Source of the DNA: a virus
DNA: 64,000 nucleotides
Reading direction: 5' to 3' (one strand)
IMG/VR virus record: IMGVR_UViG_3300047200_000500
Span: 96,001-160,000 of that record
The position numbers were made by a program, and so were the translations under genes. Below are positions 37,680 to 48,206 of this stretch, one piece after another. Within the stretch, counting starts at the first letter, position 1. Each line of letters opens with the position of its first letter. The notes under the pieces are model-generated. The model saw only the letters and a list, made by a program, of their open reading frames with translations. It was not told where the DNA came from and made no database searches.

Positions 37680-38572
37680 ATTTAGAATTAGTCGAAAAAT
37701 CAAAAAATATAATTAATAAGGTCATAGATCATTACAAATGGCCAGCCAATAAAACAATATTGATTGAAGGACTTAGAAATTTTGGTGATTGTCTACATGT
37801 TAGTATGGTTGTTAATCATTATAGAAAAATCTATCCAGAACATCATATAATCTGGGCTGTTAGCGAAAGATATTTTGAACAATTCGAATCTTTTACGGCA
37901 TATGTCCCATGTGTAATTTTTCCACTTCCTCATGGTCTTGAGCCAGAAGATAGACAAGAATTAAAAAAATGGTCAGTTGGACTAGGATTATTTAAAACTG
38001 TTTTTCCATGTGTTGCTGTAAGCGGGTGGACACAAAGTGGCAGTATCGTTGATAATGTATTATTCAACGCTGGGATTAAAGAACTGAAAGTTCCAAGAAA
38101 TCCAGTGTTTCCACATGAAATTGCTGATTATCAATGGCATGATCAGTTTATCACAAATAATAAACTTCTTAATAGACCATATATAGCACTTGAATATAAT
38201 AGCTACACATTGTCTAAACCTCCCCATAATGCAACTTGGTCAACTGATACATATAATGAAATGTTATCAAAATTTAGTGTTCCAGTTATTTATATGGGAT
38301 CAAATTCAGACCCAAAATTGAGTTATGGGTTTGACGCACGTGGATGCACATGGAAACAAGCTAAAGTTATAATTCAAAGAGCCAGATTAATGGTCGGATG
38401 TGGAAGTGGATTATCTGTACTGTCAGCATGTAGCGATATAAAGACCCCATTATTAGAAATCAATATTGGCGACACCCTAACCATGAGAAATTGCTATGGC
38501 AGACAAAACGCGCAGTCAATACATACGCAAGGATACGAGCAGGCCGCTAAAAAAATCAATGAATATTTCTGA
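37670..38572 (+). CDS. GT9-like glycosyltransferase
   Basis: RNFGDCL...YRKIYPEHHIIW; MVGCGSGLSVLSA. Confidence 0.7.
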   Translation: MEMNLELVEKSKNIINKVIDHYKWPANKTILIEGLRNFGDCLHVSMVVNHYRKIYPEHHIIWAVSERYFEQFESFTAYVPCVIFPLPHGLEPEDRQELKKWSVGLGLFKTVFPCVAVSGWTQSGSIVDNVLFNAGIKELKVPRNPVFPHEIADYQWHDQFITNNKLLNRPYIALEYNSYTLSKPPHNATWSTDTYNEMLSKFSVPVIYMGSNSDPKLSYGFDARGCTWKQAKVIIQRARLMVGCGSGLSVLSACSDIKTPLLEINIGDTLTMRNCYGRQNAQSIHTQGYEQAAKKINEYF

Positions 38573-39512
38573 AAAAGTAAAAGAAGAAATTAAAATGAAC
38601 TTGTTAATAGACTCATATAACATAATCAATAAAGCAGTTGAATTTTTACGTAAATCAAATGGTTCACCAAAAGTTTTAATGAAGATTTATGGAAATCTTG
38701 GGGATAGCACTAATGCAACTGCTATCGCAAAGCATTATAAATTAAAGTATCCAAATTGTGTGATCGCATTTGTTACCAAAAATCTTTATTTAAATGCTTA
38801 TGAATTAAATAAAGATTTTGATGCGATATTTGGACTTCCTATTGGTTTGAATCCACAGGAAAGAATAAAAAATGGTGAATATATAACAAATAATTTTAAT
38901 GATGTAGATTTTAGATTGTGTCCTGCTGTTTTTCCATTTGGTGAAGTGTGGAACACTCATGCTTGGTCACTACCTGCAATATCTCATCAATTTTTTTCCA
39001 ATGCTAAAATCATTGTTAGTGAAATGCTTGGAGATAGGAAATTAAACATACCGGTTTCTGATGAAGATCTTAAATTTGCAAATGAATTTATAAAAAATAA
39101 AAGATGTATAGGTATCGAATATGTCAGTTATTCTCACACGCCATTTTGGAAATATACTGATTTTATAAATTTTGTGAAACTGATGAAAAATAATGGTATT
39201 GAATCAATAACATTTGCTGGAACTAATGAAGGTTTAATACCTGGAACAATGGATGGTCGTGGAATGTCTTGGAGAAGGACTGTTGCAACACTGTCTAAAT
39301 GTAAATATATGATTGGAATAGGATCGGGCATAACAATGTTGGCAACTGCTGCTAGACCGACCCCGGCAATCATTGAACTTGGCGTATCAAGTTCTATTTC
39401 CATGACATCATGTGGATATGGTACAAGCCATAATCTTAGTTGTGGCCCAGACGATGCAGCCGCATATATAATGAATGCTGAAAGAAATGAGCAACTTAAA
39501 GGAAAAACATGA
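38559..39512 (+). CDS. GT9-like glycosyltransferase, tandem paralogue
   Basis: GNLGDST...YKLKYPNCVIAF; DGRGMSW; MIGIGSGITMLATA; start uncertain (38559 or 38595). Confidence 0.7.
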   Translation: MNISEKVKEEIKMNLLIDSYNIINKAVEFLRKSNGSPKVLMKIYGNLGDSTNATAIAKHYKLKYPNCVIAFVTKNLYLNAYELNKDFDAIFGLPIGLNPQERIKNGEYITNNFNDVDFRLCPAVFPFGEVWNTHAWSLPAISHQFFSNAKIIVSEMLGDRKLNIPVSDEDLKFANEFIKNKRCIGIEYVSYSHTPFWKYTDFINFVKLMKNNGIESITFAGTNEGLIPGTMDGRGMSWRRTVATLSKCKYMIGIGSGITMLATAARPTPAIIELGVSSSISMTSCGYGTSHNLSCGPDDAAAYIMNAERNEQLKGKT

Positions 39513-39991
39513 ATTTAATCTATGCTCAGGAGGCTGAAACTCTCTTATGTCAACAATATCTTGAAAATGATGGAGAAGAGTTTCCAAGATTGCCATATGC
39601 AAAGCTTGGTGAATATTTAGATACAGGTGACATAAAGAAGATTTGGATATTTCCAGATATTTCCAAATCATTTAAAAATGTCAAAATAAATGACAATAAA
39701 ATGATAATGCCATATAAATATTATGTGACTAGTGGTGAAGCTGTAAAGAAAACAGAAGTTTTAATAAGTGATATCAAAGAAATCATTAGTCATTCGTTAA
39801 AACCAAACATTTTAGATGAAATTACAACATTGTTGATAGATTTGGATGAGTTTTATAACATGCTGTTATCAACAAGAGGCCCAGCGAAATATCTTGAATT
39901 AACCAAATGTGAAGATGGTATATATAATGGAAATATTTGCGCAAGAAAAAATCCGAAAAAGAAGAAAGAGGAAGAATTAATAGATGAATAA
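39509..39991 (+). CDS. hypothetical protein
   Basis: ATGA overlap, SD AAGGA. Confidence 0.6.
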   Translation: MNLIYAQEAETLLCQQYLENDGEEFPRLPYAKLGEYLDTGDIKKIWIFPDISKSFKNVKINDNKMIMPYKYYVTSGEAVKKTEVLISDIKEIISHSLKPNILDEITTLLIDLDEFYNMLLSTRGPAKYLELTKCEDGIYNGNICARKNPKKKKEEELIDE

Positions 39992-40202
39992 CACATCATT
40001 ACAATTAACCAATGCGACTTCTCAATATGTTCTTAAATTATTGGAAGGTGTTCAAATGAAAGATAGAAGCATTGTTTGGAATCAAGTATATAGAGATGTT
40101 AGGAGAGCTAGTGATATATGGTCTAAGATTGATAAAGAAAATAAACTTTTTCTTGAAATGAATAAAAATAAATCAAAACCTACTTCTACTAATAAAATAT
40201 AA
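39984..40202 (+). CDS. hypothetical protein
   Basis: SD GAGGA. Confidence 0.55.
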   Translation: MNNTSLQLTNATSQYVLKLLEGVQMKDRSIVWNQVYRDVRRASDIWSKIDKENKLFLEMNKNKSKPTSTNKI

Positions 40203-40226
40203 CTAAGCATATATCAGGACACCCAC

Positions 40227-41948
40227 ATGCCAACCATTAATCCAAGTTTAATCCCAACTGTAAATCCAGGATCATTATTTAATATCTTGACTACTAATAA
40301 TAGTCTGGCAGTTCGTTGGCTTACTGCTGCCGATCCTCATTATTTTGATGTTTACAATAGACCAATGGCTGACATTTTAGTCAGACAATTGATTATAGCT
40401 AAGACAGTTGATCAAGTAGGTCTTAGACTTAGCCATCAGGGACTTTTTCCATTTCTTGTTAACCCTACTGTTAATGTCGGAACTTCTAAACTTTCTCTTC
40501 CAGTGTCATGGATATGGGATAGTCACGTTTCTTTAAGAGACACATATCGCTCAGTAAGACTTGCTAAAATTATTAGAATCAATGGTGTAAGTGGTGGGAC
40601 AGGAAGTGGTGGGACAGGAAGCACAACAGGAACATTTAGATTGGTATTTACTGGGATACCATTTGGTGGATCTTCAGAAATTGGTTTATTCTATGTTGAT
40701 TACATAATTGATAGCACATTATCGTTCCAAATAGTTTATGTTTCACCGTGCACTTCTACTGAATTTAATCCATCAATCTCACCAACTGAATATCAAACAA
40801 TTGCTGGTTATATCATATTTAGAACTCTTGATACAGAATTGGAAGCTGCATTTATTGATGCATTAGCTCCATCTATCACTTCTGGCGGATTTGTTGCATA
40901 TGATATGTCAGATACAGAAATTGGTGGTTCTGGCGTTGATGGCGATTATACATTCCCAGCAGTGATTCATGGAACTGGGTTGTTAGTTGTTAGTGCATAT
41001 AACTTAGTGCCACCAATGGGCATTGATTATGAATCAATTTTAAATTCATTGGGATATCCATGGAGAATTGGTGCTAACCTTAGTTCAGTAGATGGTACTT
41101 CAAATGGAGTCATCACAATACCATCTGGAATGTTTGATCAATTCACTTTATCTGCCCCAGTAGGCGATCGTGATTCTCAAGTCTTGGAAGATAATTTCCC
41201 GGTGCTTTGCACTAGGGTTAGAAGGCTTGACCCAGCTTCTAATAATCTTGAGTTTGTATTTTCGACATATAACACTATTATCGGTAGCAATAATAAAGAA
41301 TTGATTGAATTTGCTACTCTTACATTAAATCGCAGCAATACACCAGGTACATTAATAGAAATAGTTCCGTTTAAAAATTTGAGAAACAATACTGATCCCG
41401 ATTCTGCCACATTTGCTCAAAATTTTGGATCTGGATATGTAATACTCAGTAGCATATGGGCTACAAGTAATGTAGTTGCACAATTTTTTGATTCATTCTT
41501 ATCTATTATAAATGACCCTGCTGATAGATTGTTTAATGCTAATCTTGGCGAATTTGCACTGCACCGTGCACCAATGCAGGTTCCTACACTTGGCGAATCG
41601 TCTGCTTTAGCTGGATCGACATCAAGAAGACAAAACCCAATTCACCCATCTGATAATAACAGATATATTTGTGAATCTGATCAAGGTATAGGCGATGCAG
41701 TTGATTTAATCGCAAATGGGTTCACAGAAAATTCCGATATAGATAATTTTGGATATACTGGATCTCTTTGTCGTAGAAGTATAGTGTTAAGAGTTAATTC
41801 AGCAAATGATGCTAATTTTGATTATGATAAAGATATCCTGCCAAGATTGAGAAAATTGCTTGGAAGAGATCCAATACATGCAGATGAATGGTTTGATGGT
41901 GTAGTTTGGAAAAGATTCGACAGCCTTAGCGGCACTTGGATAGGTTAA
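40227..41948 (+). CDS. virion structural protein
   Basis: 573 aa, S/T/G/P/N-rich, GGTGS repeat, SD AGGA, hairpin downstream. Confidence 0.65.
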   Translation: MPTINPSLIPTVNPGSLFNILTTNNSLAVRWLTAADPHYFDVYNRPMADILVRQLIIAKTVDQVGLRLSHQGLFPFLVNPTVNVGTSKLSLPVSWIWDSHVSLRDTYRSVRLAKIIRINGVSGGTGSGGTGSTTGTFRLVFTGIPFGGSSEIGLFYVDYIIDSTLSFQIVYVSPCTSTEFNPSISPTEYQTIAGYIIFRTLDTELEAAFIDALAPSITSGGFVAYDMSDTEIGGSGVDGDYTFPAVIHGTGLLVVSAYNLVPPMGIDYESILNSLGYPWRIGANLSSVDGTSNGVITIPSGMFDQFTLSAPVGDRDSQVLEDNFPVLCTRVRRLDPASNNLEFVFSTYNTIIGSNNKELIEFATLTLNRSNTPGTLIEIVPFKNLRNNTDPDSATFAQNFGSGYVILSSIWATSNVVAQFFDSFLSIINDPADRLFNANLGEFALHRAPMQVPTLGESSALAGSTSRRQNPIHPSDNNRYICESDQGIGDAVDLIANGFTENSDIDNFGYTGSLCRRSIVLRVNSANDANFDYDKDILPRLRKLLGRDPIHADEWFDGVVWKRFDSLSGTWIG

Positions 41949-41972
41949 TAAATTTATTCAATAAAAATTAAA

Positions 41973-41992
41973 CCAACCCCAAATGGGGTTGG
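41973..41992. terminator. short GC hairpin, possible terminator
   Basis: CCAACCCC-AAAT-GGGGTTGG; no U tract on the plus strand. Confidence 0.5.
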
Positions 41993-42031
41993 CATATAAT
42001 CGTTAGTTTGGTTGTATATCAAATTTATAAT

Positions 42032-42940
42032 ATGGCTGAACCAAGTTTAACAAATTCTGATTACACACAATTAATAAAAGCCTGGGGCGAATTACGCGAC
42101 AGTGCTATATGGGCAGCTGTTATTGTAGGAATAACAGTGGCAGCTTGTTTTATTGTTTATTACGTGATACAATATAAAAAAGCTAAATCAGCCCAAGATG
42201 CAAAAAACGATAGAGCGCATAGAATAACGTCATCTAATGATAAAGTAAGTGATTCGTTACAAACAATTAGTAATTCAATGGTCGAATTATCGGCAAGCAT
42301 GAATAATCATAAAAAATCAGAAGAAGAAATTATATGGCCAGTAATAGAAGGTCTTAGATCTGATGTGAAAGAATTAGCAAACAGAGTCTCTGGCACATTA
42401 GATATTAATGATAGTCTAGGCATAATAAGAATAGTATTCTTTAAAGCTGTATATTTTGAAATTCGTGATTATTTTAATGAATTGTTATATACTAAAGAGT
42501 CTGATTTTAAAACTAGAGAACAGTACATTGCTGATAAAGCTAGAACTAATGTTGGTGAAGTATTGACCAAATATAAAAACATTTTATCTAATTTTAAATT
42601 ATCAGTTAATTACAATTTATTTTTTAGAGTCGATTCAACTGAATATAAAGAAAGATATATATTAGTTGATATAATATGGTCTGAAACCAGAGACTATTTC
42701 ACATCTCAGTTAAAAGCTGAACAAAAAGTAGAAGAATGTTCATTAAAATTATTTAACACTATTAAAGATTACATTAATACTATTATCTCTGAAATGAATG
42801 AAAACGTGCATGATAAAAGAAAATCTGAAAGTTTTGAAAAACAACCGGCTGCAATTACTCCTGCTCCTAGAGCAGCTATTAGAATGGATTCTAAAATATT
42901 TGCTACACCACTTCCATCTAAGATTGATAAACCAATATAA
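42032..42940 (+). CDS. single-TM membrane protein, possible holin (T4 T-like topology)
   Basis: One N-proximal TM (AIWAAVIVGITVAACFIVYYVI), then coiled coil and soluble domain; located among late genes. Confidence 0.45.
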   Translation: MAEPSLTNSDYTQLIKAWGELRDSAIWAAVIVGITVAACFIVYYVIQYKKAKSAQDAKNDRAHRITSSNDKVSDSLQTISNSMVELSASMNNHKKSEEEIIWPVIEGLRSDVKELANRVSGTLDINDSLGIIRIVFFKAVYFEIRDYFNELLYTKESDFKTREQYIADKARTNVGEVLTKYKNILSNFKLSVNYNLFFRVDSTEYKERYILVDIIWSETRDYFTSQLKAEQKVEECSLKLFNTIKDYINTIISEMNENVHDKRKSESFEKQPAAITPAPRAAIRMDSKIFATPLPSKIDKPI

Positions 42941-42977
42941 TTTTTTATTTAATAATAATTTCAAATATATATAGAAT

Positions 42978-44837
42978 ATGAGCACCATTGAGTTACCGAT
43001 TGTCCCATTTGATGGGATGAAGTTTATTGATTCATGGAGACGTGAATGGGAATATAATCTTGATACAGTATCATGGATTTTCAGAGGATATGTACCAAAT
43101 ATACCAGTTGCTGATGAAAATACTATAGGGTTGCTTAGTTCTAATCTTAAATCTTTACTTGACTCTATACCAGAAAAAGCTGGCGGATTTGGAATATTAA
43201 CAAAATATTCATTTGGTAAAGTATCTGGAAATGGTTTTAATGGTTTAATGACAGGTGATATAGTTTTAAAGTCTAATACTTTAGATATAAAATGTAGGGA
43301 TCAAAATGGTAAACTGATAACTAAAACATGTGCTTCTCCTGTTAGTTCTCCAGAAATAAATAAAATCCCTTCAATAGACATAAATTTTGGGGAAGATTTT
43401 CTAAATTCAATATGCATAGAAATACCTGGAAGTAAAGGACCCAAAGGAATTCAAGGTCAGCCTGGATTAGATGGAGAAGATGGCTTTGGGGATGGACCGC
43501 AAGGACTTAAAGGCAATCCAGGTAAAGACGCAACTGGAATATCAGAAGTAGATTCGGTAACAATCGAAATAGACGAATCTTTTTATGATACCGCTGTAGT
43601 AAATGTGGAACTTGACCAGCAAAATTCAATATTATCAATAACTAAAGCTAAATTAGCTGTACCAGATGATAATACACCAGCTGATCAATTTGTTGTGATG
43701 CCAATAATTAGAAGTTTAGAATGGACCAATGGACTAAATTATAATATTGTACAACCAAGTAATGAAAATTTAAGTCTTGAAGCTAATGTTAGTGTTCTTG
43801 CTTATCCAAAAGATTTTGACCCAAACATAGCTAATTCTAATTCAGAAATTTCTAGAAAATCATTATCAAGTTTTGTTGATCAGATAATAAACAATTATCA
43901 AACAATATATAATGGATACATTACAGAATATGATAAAGAAATAAAAGATTATTTTTTTGCTAAAGATGACGAAGCTAGGAAAGCACTTGATTCATTAGTT
44001 TCCGAATTAGCAAGTAAACAATTTGGTGAAACCTTCGAATATTGCATGGGATTGGCCGATAATGGTATATGTGGACAAAAACCTAGAAGAGATTTAGGAG
44101 AATATTTAATAAAATTTGCAATAGTTCAAATAACACCATTTGTTCAAGAAATTTTAAATGCCCTTTATGCAATTGCACAATGTGCTTGTTCAGCCGCTGC
44201 AGCAGCTTCTGTGAAACCAACCTTACTTGAATCAAGTACTTTGAATGATATATCAAGTAATATTATTGCCAATATTGCCAGTAACAATAATGTCAATATA
44301 CAAGAATTAAAAATCGGATCTCCAATGGGTCAGTCTGATTTATGCAATTTTATACCTCAAATATTAGAAGCGTGCGGCCAATTATCTAATGAAACATGTC
44401 AAGCTTCTAGTAGCAAATTATTGGCTAAAATAGATCTTAAGCCTGGAGATGTGTTTAACATTAAGAATGATGGAGAGAAAAACATCCTATCGAGAGGAGT
44501 GTATTTGATCCAATATATAAATGGAGCAATTATTGATGAATCACAAAAAGACAATGGATTCGTTGTTGGTTCTGGGATTATTGATAGTGGGTTGGTTTTG
44601 AATATTGAAAGTAAATCTACTATTACAAGAATACCGATGCCGATGTCTTCACAAATATCGAATCCGCTTGATAAGAGCAATGTAATTAATTCTTATCTTA
44701 CGGGTCCATTAACAGAAATGGTTATCGGAGTACTAGCTGAAACTGGCGATAAGGTATGGGTAGAATTCGTAACTAAAAATATGAGTAGTTCAAGTGGGTC
44801 ACTTAGTTTATATGTCAAATATTGTGCAAGGTGCTAA
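42978..44837 (+). CDS. collagen-repeat tail fibre-like protein
   Basis: Gly-X-Y run at about 43428-43529; ADENTIGLLSSNLKSLLDSI motif. Confidence 0.75.
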   Translation: MSTIELPIVPFDGMKFIDSWRREWEYNLDTVSWIFRGYVPNIPVADENTIGLLSSNLKSLLDSIPEKAGGFGILTKYSFGKVSGNGFNGLMTGDIVLKSNTLDIKCRDQNGKLITKTCASPVSSPEINKIPSIDINFGEDFLNSICIEIPGSKGPKGIQGQPGLDGEDGFGDGPQGLKGNPGKDATGISEVDSVTIEIDESFYDTAVVNVELDQQNSILSITKAKLAVPDDNTPADQFVVMPIIRSLEWTNGLNYNIVQPSNENLSLEANVSVLAYPKDFDPNIANSNSEISRKSLSSFVDQIINNYQTIYNGYITEYDKEIKDYFFAKDDEARKALDSLVSELASKQFGETFEYCMGLADNGICGQKPRRDLGEYLIKFAIVQITPFVQEILNALYAIAQCACSAAAAASVKPTLLESSTLNDISSNIIANIASNNNVNIQELKIGSPMGQSDLCNFIPQILEACGQLSNETCQASSSKLLAKIDLKPGDVFNIKNDGEKNILSRGVYLIQYINGAIIDESQKDNGFVVGSGIIDSGLVLNIESKSTITRIPMPMSSQISNPLDKSNVINSYLTGPLTEMVIGVLAETGDKVWVEFVTKNMSSSSGSLSLYVKYCARC

Positions 44838-47579
44838 ATGAATAATATAGTATTTCCACCTAATCCATCTGATGGAGATGTCTTTGAATATACTGATGGC
44901 GTATATTTTCAATATAGTAGCACCACTAAGACATGGAAAAAAGTTGTTGGATTATCAAATGTGCCGATGGCAAGTGTTAATAATGATGGATTAATGTCAA
45001 AAGATGACTTTATTAAGCTGCAATCATTAATTATTCCACCTCCTCAAGTCAGTTTAACTGCTGATTCATGCAATACTACTTTTAAAGAGGGAATGGTTAA
45101 AATAGAAAGTTCTAATAATGATTTAAATATTGTTAGTAATCTTGATGTTTTTAATAAAACTGAAAAAGAAAAAGTCGATTTTATAATTCATGAAAATACC
45201 TTTGGTATTGATTTTTCGATAAACATCAACAGATTAATTGAAGAACTTGAATCACGTAATAAGATCACATATAGATCAACCCAGGGTGATCAAGGTGACC
45301 AGGGTGAAAGGGGAAACCCTGGACGCGATAGGATAGAAACTGGCCCACGTGGGCAAAAAGGTGATGATGGCAAAAATGCCCCATTTCCTGGCACATTAGT
45401 TCAAGATTTTACAACAATAGATCAAACTAAAATTAAAAAAGTAGTTGTTGATATTAAAAATGACCCAAATAATCCAAAAAACATAATAGTTGTTTTTGGT
45501 AATGTTGGTAATTTATCAGCTTGCCCAAATAGAGTTAATTGGAAAAACAAAAAAACTCCATGGATTGTTGCATTAAAAGAAAATGTCGGGCCTTGTTTCT
45601 TGCCAGCAGGTTGCAGAGGCGTTTGCTCAACTGAACTTTATTATGTTGACACAACAACAATTCAAGAACAGATACAAGAAAGGTTTATAGAATTATTACT
45701 TGCTGCTAAAACAGAAAGAGAGACTTTGGCCAAAAATTGGCTAAATTCAATGATTCAAATGTTTAATTCGCAAAAGCAAGCAGTTTGTTGCGCTATTGAA
45801 GCAATTGATAGCAAGAGTAAGAATCAGGACATAAGAAACATTTGGTCAACTGGTAGATATGCGGCAGCGCAATCAATGTATGCGTTTACTATTACAAGCG
45901 ATGGTGCCCCAAAATATCCAAGAGCAGACCCACAGAATACACCAAATGATTTCTTACCTGGATCAAGCGGTAGTAATCAACAAGGTGGTGCCATTTTAAA
46001 TGGTACTGATCCAAATACATTTAAATGCCAGGAATGTTTCCTTATTGTTGATTTATTAAGTTATAATGTCGGACAGTCGAGACCAATTAATATAGACTTA
46101 CCAGCTGGTGATTATATTTCAACTATAATTCAATGCTGCCCACAATTTGATAGATCTGGATATTCAGGAAGATATAGTGTTAAATTTAGTGATGTTGATA
46201 GTAGTGGAAATATTACCAGTTTATACACATCTAATGATTATGGATATTTAGATATGGCGGCAGCAAGTGCTGCTTATATTGGTGATAATTTATCATTTAA
46301 ACATCAGGGTGGTGTAGCAAGCTTCTATTTGAATCCACCACCGCCAAATGGTAGTGCTGTTAGTCTTAATGGTGGAGTTAGATTGTGCGTACAATTAGCT
46401 AAATGTTTTGAAAACCCGAGTAATGTCACAAGCGGATCTAATGTCACTATTTCTGATTTGCTTTCTTCTTATGTGAGAGCTTCACATGCTGAATTTTATG
46501 AACGTGGTTGGAGAATAGGAAATGCATGCGCTGCTCATACTTCTGTTTTTGGAACTCAATTCATAGTTGTATACAGGAGCTTGGGTACTGATACTAGTTG
46601 TGGAGGTGGTGAGTATTCAACAACACCATTTATTAAATATTTCCAGGATAACTTGGATGAGCATGTTGCTATTGCTTGGCCAACAATAGACGGTGATGGA
46701 TTCTTTGGATTGCCGAGAGACGATGGAAGATTAAGAATAAAATTAGTATATGATAAAGATTTATCAGATATAATAGTAAATAATATTAATAATGATGTTA
46801 TATTTAAGAAAATAGGAGATCCTAAATCAGTTATTAAGAAAGTTGTTGTACCAATACTTGACCAAACTAATCTTACATCTGGTGGTCCAGATCCGTCAGT
46901 GTCTCCAGATTATGAATTAGTTAAAGCTCCTGGAATAATGTGGTCATTTAATACTTCTATAAATGCCAAGATGATTGATAGTGGTGCGATACTCCCACAA
47001 AATAAATACCCAGTTACTAGTTTATATCCCGATTCAGATATAGAAATTGCTTCTGGATCATTATCATCCCGTGGTATCGAAATAAGAGCTTTAAGTGGAA
47101 CATTGCCAACCAGAATGAGAGCGATATCATTCTGGTTTAATGCTGTAAATGCCCAATCGAGTTTCTCAATAACTATTGGTTCTGTATTAAGTGGAATATT
47201 TAAATATGCTCTTCTTGTTAAAGTTTACGATTATGTTGGCTTAAATGTTAGACAAGTTGAAATTTTATCATATACTAATCAGGACAATGCTGTTGAAGGT
47301 TCAACCGATTATGCTAAAATAACCATTCCAAATAATGCCTGGGTTCATATAGTTGCAAACAGAGTAAGCGATCAATATGTTGAAATTTATGTAAATGGGG
47401 TTAAAAATGGGATTATAGGACCACTTAATGATGAAAGTTCTTGGGTAAATCAATCAACAGTGTCAGATGTAATAAATTCAACAGCTGGATCTTTATTGGA
47501 TCAGGTTAGATTATATAATGACACAATGACAGTAGACATGATTTCAGCTTTGTATCGTATTGGCAGGAACGCTAATTGA
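44838..47579 (+). CDS. collagen-repeat fibre protein with a C-terminal LamG/ConA-like domain
   Basis: FPPNPSDGD start, ASVNNDGLMSKDDFIKL, Gly-X-Y run at about 45285-45377, ISFWF...WVHIV...IYVNG...LDQVRLYN. Confidence 0.78.
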   Translation: MNNIVFPPNPSDGDVFEYTDGVYFQYSSTTKTWKKVVGLSNVPMASVNNDGLMSKDDFIKLQSLIIPPPQVSLTADSCNTTFKEGMVKIESSNNDLNIVSNLDVFNKTEKEKVDFIIHENTFGIDFSININRLIEELESRNKITYRSTQGDQGDQGERGNPGRDRIETGPRGQKGDDGKNAPFPGTLVQDFTTIDQTKIKKVVVDIKNDPNNPKNIIVVFGNVGNLSACPNRVNWKNKKTPWIVALKENVGPCFLPAGCRGVCSTELYYVDTTTIQEQIQERFIELLLAAKTERETLAKNWLNSMIQMFNSQKQAVCCAIEAIDSKSKNQDIRNIWSTGRYAAAQSMYAFTITSDGAPKYPRADPQNTPNDFLPGSSGSNQQGGAILNGTDPNTFKCQECFLIVDLLSYNVGQSRPINIDLPAGDYISTIIQCCPQFDRSGYSGRYSVKFSDVDSSGNITSLYTSNDYGYLDMAAASAAYIGDNLSFKHQGGVASFYLNPPPPNGSAVSLNGGVRLCVQLAKCFENPSNVTSGSNVTISDLLSSYVRASHAEFYERGWRIGNACAAHTSVFGTQFIVVYRSLGTDTSCGGGEYSTTPFIKYFQDNLDEHVAIAWPTIDGDGFFGLPRDDGRLRIKLVYDKDLSDIIVNNINNDVIFKKIGDPKSVIKKVVVPILDQTNLTSGGPDPSVSPDYELVKAPGIMWSFNTSINAKMIDSGAILPQNKYPVTSLYPDSDIEIASGSLSSRGIEIRALSGTLPTRMRAISFWFNAVNAQSSFSITIGSVLSGIFKYALLVKVYDYVGLNVRQVEILSYTNQDNAVEGSTDYAKITIPNNAWVHIVANRVSDQYVEIYVNGVKNGIIGPLNDESSWVNQSTVSDVINSTAGSLLDQVRLYNDTMTVDMISALYRIGRNAN

Positions 47580-47594
47580 TAGTATTTTAATTTT

Positions 47595-48206
47595 ATGAAA
47601 ATAGATGTAACTAGGTTTTGTGGTCTTTCTAGAAGAGATGATTTTCAAAATTGGCTGAAATCTATTTCTAATGAATATTATAATGAATTAATTTATTTTC
47701 TTAGACTTGGAAAATCATGTGGTAGCAATAAAGAAAAAATGGAAGAAATATATAGTAAATTGGTCAAGGATAAAAAATCAAATTTGATGATCGATTTTTT
47801 AATTAAAAATTATCCACATATGATAATTTATGATAAGAATGATGCCACAAGTAAAATTGTAGAAGTTCCCCAAAATGATAAACAAATGGTTTTAAGTAAT
47901 GATAAACAAATGGTTTTAAGTAATGATGAATTAAATCATCATAAAGTATTCCAAAAATATAAACCTGGGTTATTATTAATACCACATCAAATGATTTTTA
48001 TTGATGATAATGGGCGTTCTTTAGAAAACAGAATTATAGAGTTCACAAGAACTAAAATCCAAACTGATTATGTGATTTTACAAGGCCCAAAATTTTACCA
48101 TGGTTACATAGAATATTTTGAAAAAGAATTTGCATCAGAGGCTTTTAAATTACCAAGCCACAATAGACCAATATTTATTTATAAGAAAAATAATAATTTA
48201 AGATAA
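47595..48206 (+). CDS. hypothetical protein
   Basis: ORF with the GTATTT motif 13 nt upstream. Confidence 0.6.
   Translation: MKIDVTRFCGLSRRDDFQNWLKSISNEYYNELIYFLRLGKSCGSNKEKMEEIYSKLVKDKKSNLMIDFLIKNYPHMIIYDKNDATSKIVEVPQNDKQMVLSNDKQMVLSNDELNHHKVFQKYKPGLLLIPHQMIFIDDNGRSLENRIIEFTRTKIQTDYVILQGPKFYHGYIEYFEKEFASEAFKLPSHNRPIFIYKKNNNLR
47874..47927 (+). repeat. 24-bp tandem duplication (NDKQMVLS x2)
   Basis: AATGATAAACAAATGGTTTTAAGT twice plus a partial copy. Confidence 0.9.

Noticed and set aside
40589-40618. 15-bp tandem repeat
   Set aside because: Encodes a GGTGS flexible linker; no sign of a regulatory role
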